Positions 38,280-50,496 of a DNA stretch of 64,000 nt are shown here, one piece after another; within the stretch, counting starts at the first letter, position 1, and every line of letters starts with the position of its first letter. The position numbers and the translations under genes are program-made. The DNA comes from Hypanus sabinus (lineage: Eukaryota). The notes under the pieces are model-generated. The model was not told the origin of the DNA. It saw nothing but the letters and a program-made list of their open reading frames with translations, and made no database searches. The stretch lies in contig NC_082730.1 of assembly GCF_030144855.1 (NCBI RefSeq), positions 2,480,001 to 2,544,000 on the forward strand, read 5' to 3'.

Positions 38280-39450
38280 TGACATCCCTGTCCAGGGCAC
38301 GCTCCAGTCCCGGAATACCCACTGATCCAAGGAGACAAGGTCTGCTCCCTTCCCCAGGGACACCTGGGCATGGACATTTCCTCAGAAGAGGCACAAGCAT
38401 CTGGTTCAGTTAGAAACTTCGATAGCTCTTTGTCAAGAACTAGGAATTCCAGGCCCTGAAGTAGACAGACAAGAGATTTTCCTCTTCACTGGGTCTACTC
38501 TTGCTGTCCTGTGCTGGCTCTTTGTCTGGGGGAGGCTTCTTCACCTCAGTCAGCTGGGAGCTGTCTACACAAGACTGCAATCAATCGATCTCCCCACACA
38601 GCCCTCAGAGATGTGGGCCATTCACCTGGGGGCGTGGAGGGAGTTCACTGGGGTTAAGCAAGATCGGTGCATTTATAACCCCACCCCACAGATTTTTCAT
38701 CCTCTTCAACCTCCCTCAACATTATTCTGCCACACTGACATTATGTAACAGAAGGAATGCTTTTTCTTTTGTGCAAGAATAAACTGCTCTCTGTCTGCTC
38801 TCTCCCTCCACTGAGGTTGATGACAGTCTGGGGCCATCCCTACCTCTCCCTCTTTTCCATCGTCCTACACACTGAACACAGAGGCTTCTCATGACTGGCG
38901 GCAGCCCACATCTCTCCAATTGCAAACTCAGCTGAGTCTTTCTTTAAAAATATTTCATTTTTCATATTTACAACATACACACTCCATCACAATATGTACA
39001 TAATTGAAGTTAACACATTGCCCTCCGGAGAGCCCATGTGCTCCTTCTCCTGGGACACGCCGGTATGGACACAACTCCAGAAGAAGGGCATTTGGCTCAG
39101 GGAAAACCCTCAAGTGCCCACCACTTGGATCTGAAAATGATGACCTTGGCCAGACCCAGGAGCAAATCATCCTGGGGAATTCCCAAGTGACCCACCTGCC
39201 TTCGCTTTGGGTGATAAAAGGACACAAGGGTAGGGCTGATGTGCAGCAGAACTTAAGGTACAGCCCCTCACATAGTTCAGTAGTCCTACAGCCTCTCACA
39301 CTCCGTGTATACATGATAGACGGTCTCCTCATGGCTGCAGAAATGAAAGCTGGCTGGGGAGCCCATTCATTGACTTGGGAATCTATTACACAACATTCTC
39401 TTCTCCAGGTCTCTGTGGAAAGGGGGAGGATTCCTACATAAAGAACTCCA
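38280..39450 (+). mobile_element. Possible degenerate LTR retroelement (LTR-like segment, PBS-like site, RT-like remnant)
   Basis: TATAA at about 38673, AATAAA at about 38778, TGGCGGCAGC at about 38896, and the peptide LRVYMIDGLLMAAE resembling RT YxDD-LL-AA. Weak. Confidence 0.3.
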
Positions 39451-41568
39451 CTCCAGATACAGGAACAGACTGGCACAACATGTCCAGTGTGAAAAAATGA
39501 AGAGTTTTCAGGTGCAGCTTGTAAGAGAAATCTCTGTGTTCCTGGAGAAATGACATAGAGAGGCCAGATCTCAAGAAGAGCTTCTGAGCCTCGGTCTGGT
39601 GAATAGTTCTGGCCGTGGGTGGCAGTCTGGTCTGAACGACCCCTCAATGATCAGCCCCCTCAACACCCATTGTGATAGAATGGCTGGAGGCTTCAGCTAT
39701 GAGTCCCATCCAATCCATTGCCTCATCCACCCACCCATCCATGGAGCCAGAAAGTCTCTCAGTGCTGGTAGAGGAACACTCTGACTGAAGGTGACCGTCC
39801 CAGTTCATAAACTGGTCACTACAACAGAGCAGAACAGCTGATATCTATTGCTGGGAGTCCTCCCGAGGGGCAGAGTCTCTGATCAGTAAACTACACCATC
39901 AGTCTGGGAGGATGACCAGTGTGAAGATAACCCTGCAGGGTCTGAAGGTGGAACATTTCAGCCTGCCCTGTCAGAGAGGTCTGTGTTGAGACATTGTAGA
40001 TGGGTTTGACTCTGTATGTAACCCCAGCTTTCCCTGTCCTAGAGGTGTGTGTCAGGACATTGTAGAGGGTTTGAGTATATATAAACCCAGCTCTCCCTGG
40101 TGTGTGAACCCATAATGATGGGCCCACAGATGTTGGGAACTCATGAAACTGAGGAAGGTCATGTGGCCCATTGTGAACCAGCTCTGAAACCACTGAATTG
40201 CCAGAAGATTGCAGCAAATGTGGCTCTTCAGCCTGTCAATTCCTGCTAGCTTCATGCTGTGTCTGTCCAGCTCATTTCACATATCCACACCACTGTCTCT
40301 CTTTCACATTCAGTGAGAGTGGGACTAGTCCTATTCATACAGGGTTTGGTCTGTTTGAGGACCATCATGGCCTCCACCACGCCTCCAAGCCCATGGCAAT
40401 GTTTACCTGGAGTACATTCCCCACTTCCCTCTCACCGTTCAGTCTAATACTGTCTGCGGCCCTTGGTATTGTCTTCTCTGCCCAGAGCCAGAGCTCCTTT
40501 CTGTTTACAGTCAGGGACCCTCATCGTTTCATGACCCAATTAAATCTGCCCTCAGCCTCTGTCCCATTGAAACCCCCTCTTTCTGACATGACCCCTCAAT
40601 CAACCAACCCCAGCCCTTTTCCATCCACAGAGCTCTCTTATCTTGCCTCAGCTCTGACCATCACCACCCAGACTTCCATTAACCACATTCACAGATCTGG
40701 GATCCTGATAAACAAACACAGGGATACAGTCTGCCTCTTCACTGCCTCACCTTCTTGTCATTCCTCATTCAGAGATCTGTGGACATGCTCTCCAAGTTCC
40801 CTTTGTCCCTCCACACCACTTACACCCTCCCATTTATCCCACCTTCCCTCATCATGTTCACCTTCCCCAAACAGTACCCCATCGCATCCCTGGATTGGGT
40901 CCAATTTGTCGTGTCTATGCCCCAGTATCCCCAACTCTGCCCCCTCTATTGATATCTGGCTGCAGGCTGCAACTTCCTTCCTCAGGACTGGGTGTAAGAA
41001 GTCTTCACTCTTCCCTCTGTGGGCTCACTGTGGCCCAGCTCTCTCACTGGGCTGGGACCCAGACACTGTGCCAGCAGACTCCCCTCAAGCCATCAACAAC
41101 TCCACCGATTACCCCACCACCATTATGTTGTAATCTCCTGTCAAAGTAACATAATGTACAGATATTCCTGTACCTATTGTCACTTCATGAACATGCGATC
41201 AGTTTATGTACATCAGCTACTCTTATTTAGGATTTCAGCCCAAAACTTCAACTGTTTATTCTTTTCCATAGCTGCTGGCTGACCTGCTGAGTTCCTCCAG
41301 TATTTTGTGTTTTGCTTTGGGTTTCCAGCATCTGCTGTCTGTCTCATATCTATATTTATTGTGTTCTTATGCTTCATGTTTTTTAATGCTGTATCAGGCC
41401 CAGTAACAATTATTTTGTTCTCCTTTACACCTGTACATTTGAGCACTGAAGAATGACAATAAACAACTGTGGATCTGAATCCTGAAATTTGAAATGACCT
41501 GCCCCTGTGTCTGTGATTCCTCAGCACTGATTCCTCCTTCTGATGACTGCTTTCACTTGTCTCCTCAG

Positions 41569-41877
41569 ATGAGATTTCCATTCGGAAAGTTGAAAAAGGA
41601 TCCATAGCTTGGTTAACTGATGATATCGTAAATGCAACAGACATTACTAAGGTTGTGTGGAGAATCCCATCAGGCCCAACCAAGATAGCGGAATGCGTGA
41701 ATGGGAAATTGACATATCCCAATACTGAAAAGTATAATCAACGAATAGCTGTTCATCCTGCAGACTGTAGTTTACAAATCCATGATGTACAGAAAGAGGA
41801 CGAGCATGTTTATGAGGTGACTGTTACGCAAAGTTCAGGAAAACAGACTGTGAAGAAATTGCAACTGAAGGTATTTG
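41569..41877 (+). CDS. IgV exon 2 of CD2/SLAM-family receptor (open, canonical splice sites)
   Basis: ctcctcag acceptor, GTAAGT donor, 309 nt, phase 1/1. DEISIRKVEKGSIAWL…KVVWRIPSGPTKIAECVNGK…YNQRIAVHPADCSLQIHDVQKEDEHVYEVTVTQSSGKQTVKKLQLKVF; clearly paralogous to V1. Confidence 0.88.
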
Positions 41878-42404
41878 GTAAGTGAGATACTGTGAGGGGG
41901 TCTGGGTTTCACCTTTTGCTGAAATACCCCTAATTAATGGGTGAGGGAAGATCCTGTGTGTTCCTCTGTTTTCTGAGCCCCACTGACTGTTCATGTCGAG
42001 TGCTCAGCTCATGATTCCAGTGTAGTGTGGCTGAGTCAGTGTGAGGCTCGAAGCCACACTCACCACATCCCTGGAGACTGGACCAGAGGCTGTGAAGCAT
42101 TGAACTGTCAATGGGGAGCCTCGTGTGTCTGAGACTGGAGAGCTAAGTACATATGGAGTGGAAAACAAAGCAATAGCTAATGGAGTAGGAGGGGCTGTTG
42201 TGGATGGGCCAAATGGTCTATATCTGTGGGTCAGGGTTAAACAGATCCCACAGTATCTCTTGGTCAAAGGTGTGGTCTGTCTTGTTCAGGGATCCCAGTT
42301 CTGTCTGTTTCTCAGAGCACTGTTTCCTAATGGCCCAGACTGAGGTCTGAGCTCAGCAACGTTCACAGATACAGGAGCAGACCCACACCCAGTGAAATAG
42401 AATC

Positions 42405-42575
42405 ACAAACAAGAGAAAATCTGCAGATGCTGGAAATCCGAGCAACACACTGGAGGAACTCAGCAGGCCAGGCAGCACCTACAGAAAAAAGTACAGTCGA
42501 CGTTTCAGGCCAAAACCCTTTGTCAGTCTTTTGAAGGGTCATGAGCTATAATGTCGACTGTTTACTCTTTTCCAT
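42405..42575. mobile_element. Head-to-head Penelope terminal fragments
   Basis: AACAAGAGAAAATCTGCAGATGCTGGAAATCC…GTCGACGTTTCAGGCC followed by the inverted …GAAGGGTC…GTCGACTGTTTACTC. Confidence 0.7.
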
Positions 42576-45328
42576 ACTTTTGATTTTTATTTATAAATTG
42601 AAAGGTAAAATGAAATACAGTACAACAAAGTAAATCTTTCATGTTACGTAAACTTTTTCTAGCTGCATCCAATTCCTGCTGCATGGCAACGAAGGCTATG
42701 TGCATGAGAGCATTTCAGTTATTGTGCAGCCATGCACCAGTGCAGTTTGGAGGGAACAGTGCTGAGTGATAATAAGCTGTCACTATTGCTCAGTGTGACT
42801 TTACCCTTCCCCACTGAGCCTCAGAGTGGTCACAGTGCCACCCACCTGGCTGCTGCTGCTGTGCCCTGATCGGTCATTTCCCCTCCCACCCCAGCAGCAG
42901 TATCCAAAGGGAAGTACTTGTTGCTGCTCCCTCTACCATTCCTGGTGTTCACCGACCCATCTGCAGGCTGCAGCTTATCTGTGACCACCACACAAAAACT
43001 GTTATCTGTGATGATCTCAGCATCCTGGATGGTCCTGAATATATCCTCCTTCAGTTCCAGCAACTTAGCATGGTCAGTCAGGAGCTGCATAGTTCAAGGC
43101 ATTGTCTAACATGTCTGTGGATCTAGTAGCTGCCTTCATCCCCCAACCCCAAATGGTCCCTGCACCTCAAGACCACCCTGCAACTCAGTGAAAGCATTTC
43201 CTCCTTCCCCGAGGGGCACAGAGGCTCAGACACTCCATCAAAGAGGAAATTACCACCTCCAGCACTCCATCCTCCTGCCTCACTCCCCCAGCCTCGGGAC
43301 AGGTGGACTTCCCAGGGTCAGGCCCAGGGAAAGGGCAGTACTGGAGTTGGTGGCCAGGTAATGTTAGTGGAAATATTTAGTCACCCTCTGCATCTTCCTT
43401 CCACCCAAAAAGTCCCCTCCCTCCTTACCGGCACCGGCTGCTGATCCACATCAACTACCTCGGGAGAGGGTTACAGGCCAGGCATAACAGTCCTATCCCA
43501 GTGGCACCAAGCACAGCCTGAGGTCTGGGACACACAACTATCTGTCACCGGGAAGTAGACAATGAACTGTCCGTCAGTAACCTCCTTCCACATCAGCTTG
43601 CAGTCGAAAGAGGAGACGTGTCTGCTGTGCTGACGATTGAGTGGGAATGGGGTGATCTCCAGCTGCACCTCCCAGAAGATGCAGAGGGTAGAGACGGAGC
43701 TCATGGGGAATAGGCTGATTAGAAAGCTGGTGGAGACCTCAAGTGTGTCCACCAGCAGAAATATCTCATCCACAGCGAGTCCTTTAGAGTCATAGTCACA
43801 GAGAAATACAGCGCAGAAACCGGCCCTTCGGTCCATCTAGTCCATACTGAAACCATTTAATCTGCCTACTTGCAATGACCTGCACTGACAACATTGCCCT
43901 CCATATCCCTGCTATCCATGTACTTAGTATCCAATTTTCTCTTAAGCATTGAAATCGAGCTCACATGGACCACTTGCACTGGCAGCTCATTCAACAATCT
44001 CGTGACCCTCTGAGTGACGAAGTTTCCCTTCATGTTTGCCTTAAACTTCTCACCTTTCAACCTTAACCAATGATCTCTGGCAGTAGTCCTACCCAACATC
44101 TGTGGTAAATTTTTTTGTATTTACCCTATTATACCCTCTTAATTTTGTATACCTCTATCAAATCTCCTCCCAATTGTCTACGTTCTAAAGAATACAGTCA
44201 TGATCTATTCAGTCTTTCCTTATAACCCAGGTCCTCCTGACCCAGCAACACCCTTGTAAATTTTCCCTTCACTCTTTCAACCCTGTTTACATCCTTCCTG
44301 GAAGTAGGTGACCAAAACTCCATACAATGCTCCAAATTAGGCCTCACCAATGTCTTATACAACTTCAACACAACATCTCATCTTATGAAGGGCAATGTGC
44401 CAAAAGCTTTCTCTATGACCCCATCTGTCTGTGATATCATTGTCAATGAATTATGTGTCTGTATTCCCAGATCCCCTTGTTCTCCCACAGTCCTCAGTGC
44501 CCGACCATTCACTGCGTAAGACCTGCTCTGGTTGGTCCTACTGAAATGCCAAACCTCGCACTTGTCTGCATTAAATTCCATCTGCCATTTTTCCCCAGCT
44601 GATACAGATGACTTTGCAATCCAGGATATCTTTCCTCACTCTCCACTACACCCTAAACTGTGTCATCCACAAATTTTCTGATCTAGTTGACCAGATGATC
44701 ATTTAGATTGATGATTCAGATGGCAAACAACAAAGGACCCAGCATTGACACCACTCGGACACCACTAGTTACAGGCCTCCAGTCCAAGAGGCAACCCTCT
44801 ACTACCACTTTCTGGCTGCTTCCACAAAGCCAATGTCTAATCCAATTTACTCTCTCATCCTGAATGCTAAGCAACAGATCCTTCTTGACCGGACTCCCAT
44901 GTGGGACTTGGTCAAATGCCTTTCTAAAATCTATGTAGACAACATCCACTTCCTTGCCTTAGTCCACTTTCCTAGTAACTTCCTCGATAAAAACCTTATA
45001 AGATTAATTAGACATGACCTACCACATACAAAGCCATGCTGACTATCCTTAATCAGTCTATATCTATCCAATTACTTATATATCTGGTCCATTACAGCCT
45101 TTTTTTTGAAACAGTGAAACACCATTGGCTATTCTTCAATCCTTTGGTACCTCTCCTATCGCTAAGCACGATTTAAATATCTCTGCTAGGCCCCTGGAAA
45201 TTTCTGCAATTGCCTTCCATAGGGTCTGAGGGAACACCTTGCCAGGTCCTGTGGATTTACCCACCCTGATTTGTCTCAGGGTGGCATGCACCTCCTGCTC
45301 TGTTATCTGTAGAGGATGGAATACATTG

Positions 45329-46303
45329 TGTCAGGAACGGGGACAGGATTGGACCTAAATGCAGGACACAGGCACTGAAGTACTAGAGGTAGGTCAGAAT
45401 AGGAATCCATGGCATGCAAGGGGTAATGCAGGCGGGGCTGGTTCCCGGAGGTCAGGCGAGGCAGGAGGATCCCAGAGTTCAAATGAGGCAGGCAGGAGGA
45501 TCCCAGAGCTCGTGGCAGGCAGGAATACACCAGTAAATTGGGAAAGGCAACCGACAGTGTGACGGCACGGGCAAGGCAAATAAGGTAGAACAGCTGGACC
45601 AGTGCACACGAGAGAAGCAGGGGAACAAGACCAACTGGATAGAACAGTGTTCAAGCAGGGCAGGAGGATTCCTCATGGCGGGCTGTATGGATCCCGGGCA
45701 GGGCCGCCTCCCAGGTGGAAACAGAGGCCTGGGCATGGTGCAGACACCTGGGCAGGTGCGGGGCACAACCCTTAGGGAGCAATGGGTGGAAAGGGCAGAA
45801 CCCCTGCCAGGCAGTGGCAGTCAGGCCAGACCTGCCCGACAGAGGCAATGGGATCAGAAGGAAGCTGGGTCCAGGGTGAGCAGCAGGACCACCGTGATAC
45901 AATGATAAATTGGGAAAGGCAACCGACAGCGTGACACCACGAGCAAGGCAAATAAGGTGGAACAGTGGGACCAGCGCACACGAGAGAAGCAGGGGAACAA
46001 GACCAACTGGACAGAACAGATACAGAACAGGCCAGGCCAGCAACCAGGCAGAACCGGGTCCAGAGCCGGCGGACCAGGCGCGGGGCAGGTTAAACCAGCT
46101 TCGGAGCAGGACAACCCCCCTACTAGGGTCAGTCCCCGAGCCCCTTATAAACACCTGCCCCCTAATAGGCAACAGGCGTACCTCCTTAAACCAAGATAAT
46201 CCAATGACTCCGGGTGACAGGAGGGCTGGCTGTAAAGCCTGGAGTCCGGAGTCCGTGGACCGGAGCATGACCCGGAGGGCGGACCCTGGACCGGACCCTA
46301 ACA
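45329..46303 (-). mobile_element. Solo LTR (gypsy-type)
   Basis: TGTCAGG…CCTAACA imperfect terminal inverted repeats; 5-bp TSD CATTG/CGTTG; internal direct duplication (about 45540-45650 vs 45910-46020). Confidence 0.85.
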
Positions 46304-46767
46304 CGTTGCCACTATGGCTCACTTCTGTAGACTCTGCATCCATCTTCCGAGTAAACACAGATGCAAAGAATGCATTTAAGATCTCCCCCATCTGTTTTGG
46401 CTCCACACATGGACTACCGTTCAGGTCTTGCAAACCAATTTTGTCCCCAGCAATCCTTCTGCTCTTAACATACCTATAGAGTCCTTTAGGATTCTCCTTC
46501 ACCTTGTCTGCTAAAGCAGCTTCATACCTTCTTTTAGTCTTTCTAATTTCTTTCTGAAGTCTCCCTTGCATTTCTTGTACATCATAAGCACCTCATTTGT
46601 TCATACTTGCCTTTGCCTGCTATACACCTCCTTTTGACTCTTAAACAGGGGATCAAGATCTCCTGAAAACCAAAGTTCCCAAAAATTGTTATCTTTACCT
46701 TTTATTGTGACAGGCACATACAATCTTTGTATTCTCAAAATTTCAATTTTGAAGGCTTTCTACTTTC

Positions 46768-48866
46768 TTTTCTTTCTAAATCTTTTTATTAGTATTAGTA
46801 ATATGGACAGAATACAAATGATATATTGATAAAGAAATTACCAACATACACATTCCATTACATATGAAAAAAAAACATACATAATAGTTACAATATATAT
46901 GAGTTTACCAAGACCTAAGCCATAAGATATATGTATGGACATAGTAAATCTAAATATTTCATAATGTATAATAAAGAAAACAGAAAAGGAAAGAAAAAAA
47001 AACAAAAAAAAATTATAATGCAAAACTAGCGAATCTAATAACTATAACTAATAAGTAATAAAAAAAGAAACAAAAAAAAGAGAAGGAAAAAAAAAGGGGG
47101 GCTGTTTATAATATCTCACAAAAATAAGTATCATCAATGCCGTCACTTCCGGTCCTCTCAAAATACATAAGCTAAAAGCTGGGAAATCAAATGAACTTGG
47201 CACAGGGTCATATTACATCATATGAAAATGTTGAATAAATGGTCTCCATAACTTTTCAAATTTAATAGAAGTCTCAAAAGTACCACTTCTAATTTTTTCT
47301 AAATTTAAACATAACATAGTTTGAGAGAACCAGTTAAATACAGTGGGAGGATCAATTTCTTTCCAATTCAACAATATAGATCTTCTAGCCATCAGAGTTA
47401 GAAATGCAATCATTCGACGGGCTGAAGAAGATAAATGCAGTGAGTCTAACATTGGTAAACCAAAAATTGCGGTAATAGGATGAGGTTGTAAATCGATATT
47501 CAAAACCGCAGAAATAATATCAAAAATATCTTTCCAATATTTCTCCAAAAATGAACATGACCAAAACATATGAGTTAAAGACGCAATTTCAGAATGACAT
47601 CTATCACAAATAGGACTTATATGAGAGTAAAAACGAGCTAATTTATCCTTGGACGTATGGGCCCTATGTACGACCTTAAATTGTATTAGTGAATGTTTGG
47701 CACATAACGATGATGTATTAACTAATTGAAGAATTCTATCCCAATTCTCACTAGAAATACTAAAACTAAGCTCTCTTTCCCAATCCTTTTTAGTCTTATA
47801 AAGAGGCTCTGAATGTATCTTCATATTTATATTATAAAGTTTTGAAATAAGCCCTTTTTGAAAAGGGTCTAATTCAAATAAACTCTCCAAAGTATCTGAA
47901 GGCACAAAATTTGGAAACATAGAGAGTACAGAACTTAAAAAATGTCTAGTCTGTAAATATCTAAAAAAATGAAATCTCGGCAAGTTATATTTGTTGGATA
48001 ATTGCTCAAAAGACATGAAACAATTATCTAAAAATAAATCAGAAAATCTTAGTAATCCCTTAGTTTTCCAAGCCGAATAAGCTTGATCTATAATGGAAGG
48101 GTGAAAAAAACAATTAGATACAATAGGACTATTTAAAACGAATTGAGTCAACCCAAAAAATCTCGGAAATTGAAACCATATACGCAAAGTATGTTTAACT
48201 ATCGGGTTGTCAATTCGTTTCGGCAATTTAGAAAGAGCAAAAGGGAGGGAAGTCCCTAAAATAGAACCCAGAGCATAAGCTGATACCGATTTAGTTTGGC
48301 CCAACAAGGGCCAAAAGATCCACCCCCATCTTTCAACCAACATAACAAATATCTAATATTAACTGCCCAATGATAAAATCTGAGATTAGGTAATGCTAAC
48401 CCGCCTTCCTTTTTTGTCTTCTGTAAATATGTTTTACCTAACCTGGGATTTTTATACTGCCATATGTATGAAGAAATTTTAGAGTCAACATTAGTAAAAA
48501 AAGATTTCGGGATAAAAATTGGTATCGCTTGAAAAATAAATAAAAACTTAGGTAAAATAACCATCTTAATAGCATTAATCCTACCTATTAGGGATAAAGA
48601 CAGAGGTGACCACCTAGTAAACAAACCTTTAATCTGATCAATTAAGGGTAAAAAATTAAATCTAAATAAATCTTTATGGTTTTTTGTGATTTTGATCCTA
48701 AATAAGTAAAAAAGTCATCAACTAATTTAAAAGGTAAATTTCCATAAATTGGGACCCGTTTATTCAATGGAAACAATTCACTTTTATTAAGATTTAACCT
48801 ATACCCAGAAAACTCACTAAATTGAGCCAATAATGATAAAACTGCTGGAATGGATTTCTCCGGGTT
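46768..48866 (-). mobile_element. 5'-truncated L1-clade LINE (ORF2 C-terminal half + 3'UTR)
   Basis: ORFs 47213-48920 (RINAIKMVILPKFLFIFQ, GGLALPN, CDRC…HMFWSC zinc knuckle) with frameshifts. Perfect 15-bp TSD AGGCTTTCTACTTTC at 46753-46767 and 48867-48881. Confidence 0.93.
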
Positions 48867-49007
48867 AGGCTTTCTACTTTCCAAGTAAACCTTTGTCGGA
48901 AACAGCCTGTCCCAAACCACACTTGCCAGATAATTTCTGATACAAACAAAATTGGCCTTTCTCCAATTTAGAATCTCAACTCACAGACCAGACCGATCTC
49001 TTTGTAT

Positions 49008-49213
49008 CATTCACAAAATGCTGGAGGAACTCAACAGGCCAGGCAGCACCTAAAGGAAAGAGTACAGACAGTACAGGCTAAGGGTCTCGGCCTGAAACGT
49101 CAAATGTACTCTTTTCCATAGATGTTGCCTGGCCAGTTAAGTTCCTCTAGCATTTTGTGGGTGTTACTTGGATTTCCAGCATCCGAAGATTTTCTCTTGT
49201 TTGTGATTGGACT
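49008..49213. mobile_element. Short palindromic Penelope-derived element with TSD
   Basis: Inverted arms at 49012-49066 and 49105-49159; 12-bp direct repeat ATCTCTTTGTAT at 48996-49007 and 49214-49225. Confidence 0.75.
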
Positions 49214-50496
49214 ATCTCTTTGTATATTTACTTTGAAACTAATGGCATTGTCATCACTAGATACAAAGTGTTCCTCTGCACAAACTTCTGTCATCTGCCC
49301 TGTCTCGTTTCCTAACAGCAGACTTAGTATCACTAACTCTCGTTGGGACTTCTACGTACTGATGAAGGAAACTTTCCTGAACATATTTGACAAACTCTAT
49401 CCTATCTAGTCCTTTTACAGTATGGGATTCCCAGTCAAAATGTGAAAATCATCTACTATAACAACCTTATGTTTCTGGCAACAGTCTGCGATCTCTCTAT
49501 AAATTTGTTCCTCTGAATCCTGTGGACTACTGGGTTTTCTGTAATTTAGCCTCACGAACGTCGTCATTCCATGACGTCCACAGACCTTAGGAAGCACAAC
49601 CAGAATACAATCCAGTAACAAAAGCACAGGGGAGGAGAGATAAATTATGGTGGGGCAGGGAGTGAAAGTGTGGGTTGGGGGATCTGTTCCTGCTCTCTTG
49701 TGCTGGTTCTTTGAGTTTGTACAGCCTCTTCACCAGGATTGTTGAGGCCTCACAAAAGCCCGTGATATAAAAATCGATCTTCTTCATGCAGAGAGGCCCT
49801 GCTGACCTGGGCTGTGCACTTTACCATCACACTCCTTCACAGTCACACCCAGGTGATCTTCCAGCCTCTACCAACAGTATTTCATTCCACAGCCACCAGT
49901 TGTAGAGTATAAGGACCATTATCATCTCCACCTACTACCCCCCTCCCACCTTTCCCACCAGCATCAGTCAAAGTGAGACAGATCACCTCCCTCCAGCTCC
50001 ACAGCAGATCCATATGCCGACTGAGTGCAGATTCCTGCAACTAACTCATGCTGTGGGAGTGGGTGATGGGCCAGTGCAAATGGAGCTTGTCTCTGTGTCT
50101 AATTCCTGTCCTGTGAGTGTGGGAGGACTGTGTCACCATTTCTTTCTAGAAGCAGTCAGTCAGTCAGAGTGTGCTGGGGGAGAGGGTTTACTGCGGGGCT
50201 GAGTGAGGGAGCTGGACTAACATCATTGAGGATACTGTCAGAGACATTGGAGACTGCAATTGGAAGGGACGACAGGGAGCAGGGTGATGTTGGGCTGTTT
50301 GGAAGGGAAGGAGATAATTGAAGGGGAGAGGGGTGGTAGAGCAGAGTGATGTGGGGCTGATTAGAGAGGATTGAGGCACGGTGTTCAGTGACAGGGAGTT
50401 TTCTCTGGCCTGTGGTGAGAGGGAGTGGATCCATCGATTCCTTATCACTGGGAATGTGAGGATGGGATTAATCACAGAATCTTCTATCCTCCCCAG

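Larger units (their letters stand above)
43790..49570 (-). mobile_element. Degenerate CR1 LINE hosting a solo LTR, an L1 and a PLE-derived hairpin
   Basis: CR1 3' tail at about 43790, MEFNADKCEV, MDVVYIDFRKAFDQVPHG, KENPKG, and endonuclease VVIVDDF at about 49450. The host sequence resumes after each insert. Confidence 0.85.

Noticed and set aside
40218-40315. MWLFSLSIPASFMLCLSSS as a second leader exon for V2
   Set aside because: Hydrophobic, but there is no phase-1 GT donor before the stop, and the region is pyrimidine-rich decayed repeat.
40198-41133. 311-aa ORF
   Set aside because: Low-complexity S/P/L/T translation of the antisense strand of old LINE fragments; no domain motifs.
32608-41877. 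V exons as rearranging Ig/TCR/NAR V segments
   Set aside because: They lack the canonical Cys pair, end in GT donors rather than recombination signal sequences, and no heptamer-spacer-nonamer was found next to them.
42740-42772. hAT-like terminal inverted repeat (…TTGGAGGGAACAGTG)
   Set aside because: Only one end was seen, with no partner TIR or TSD identified.
45651-46571. 306-aa minus-strand ORF and overlapping 189-aa plus ORF
   Set aside because: Chimeric reading through CR1 sequence into the GC-rich solo LTR.
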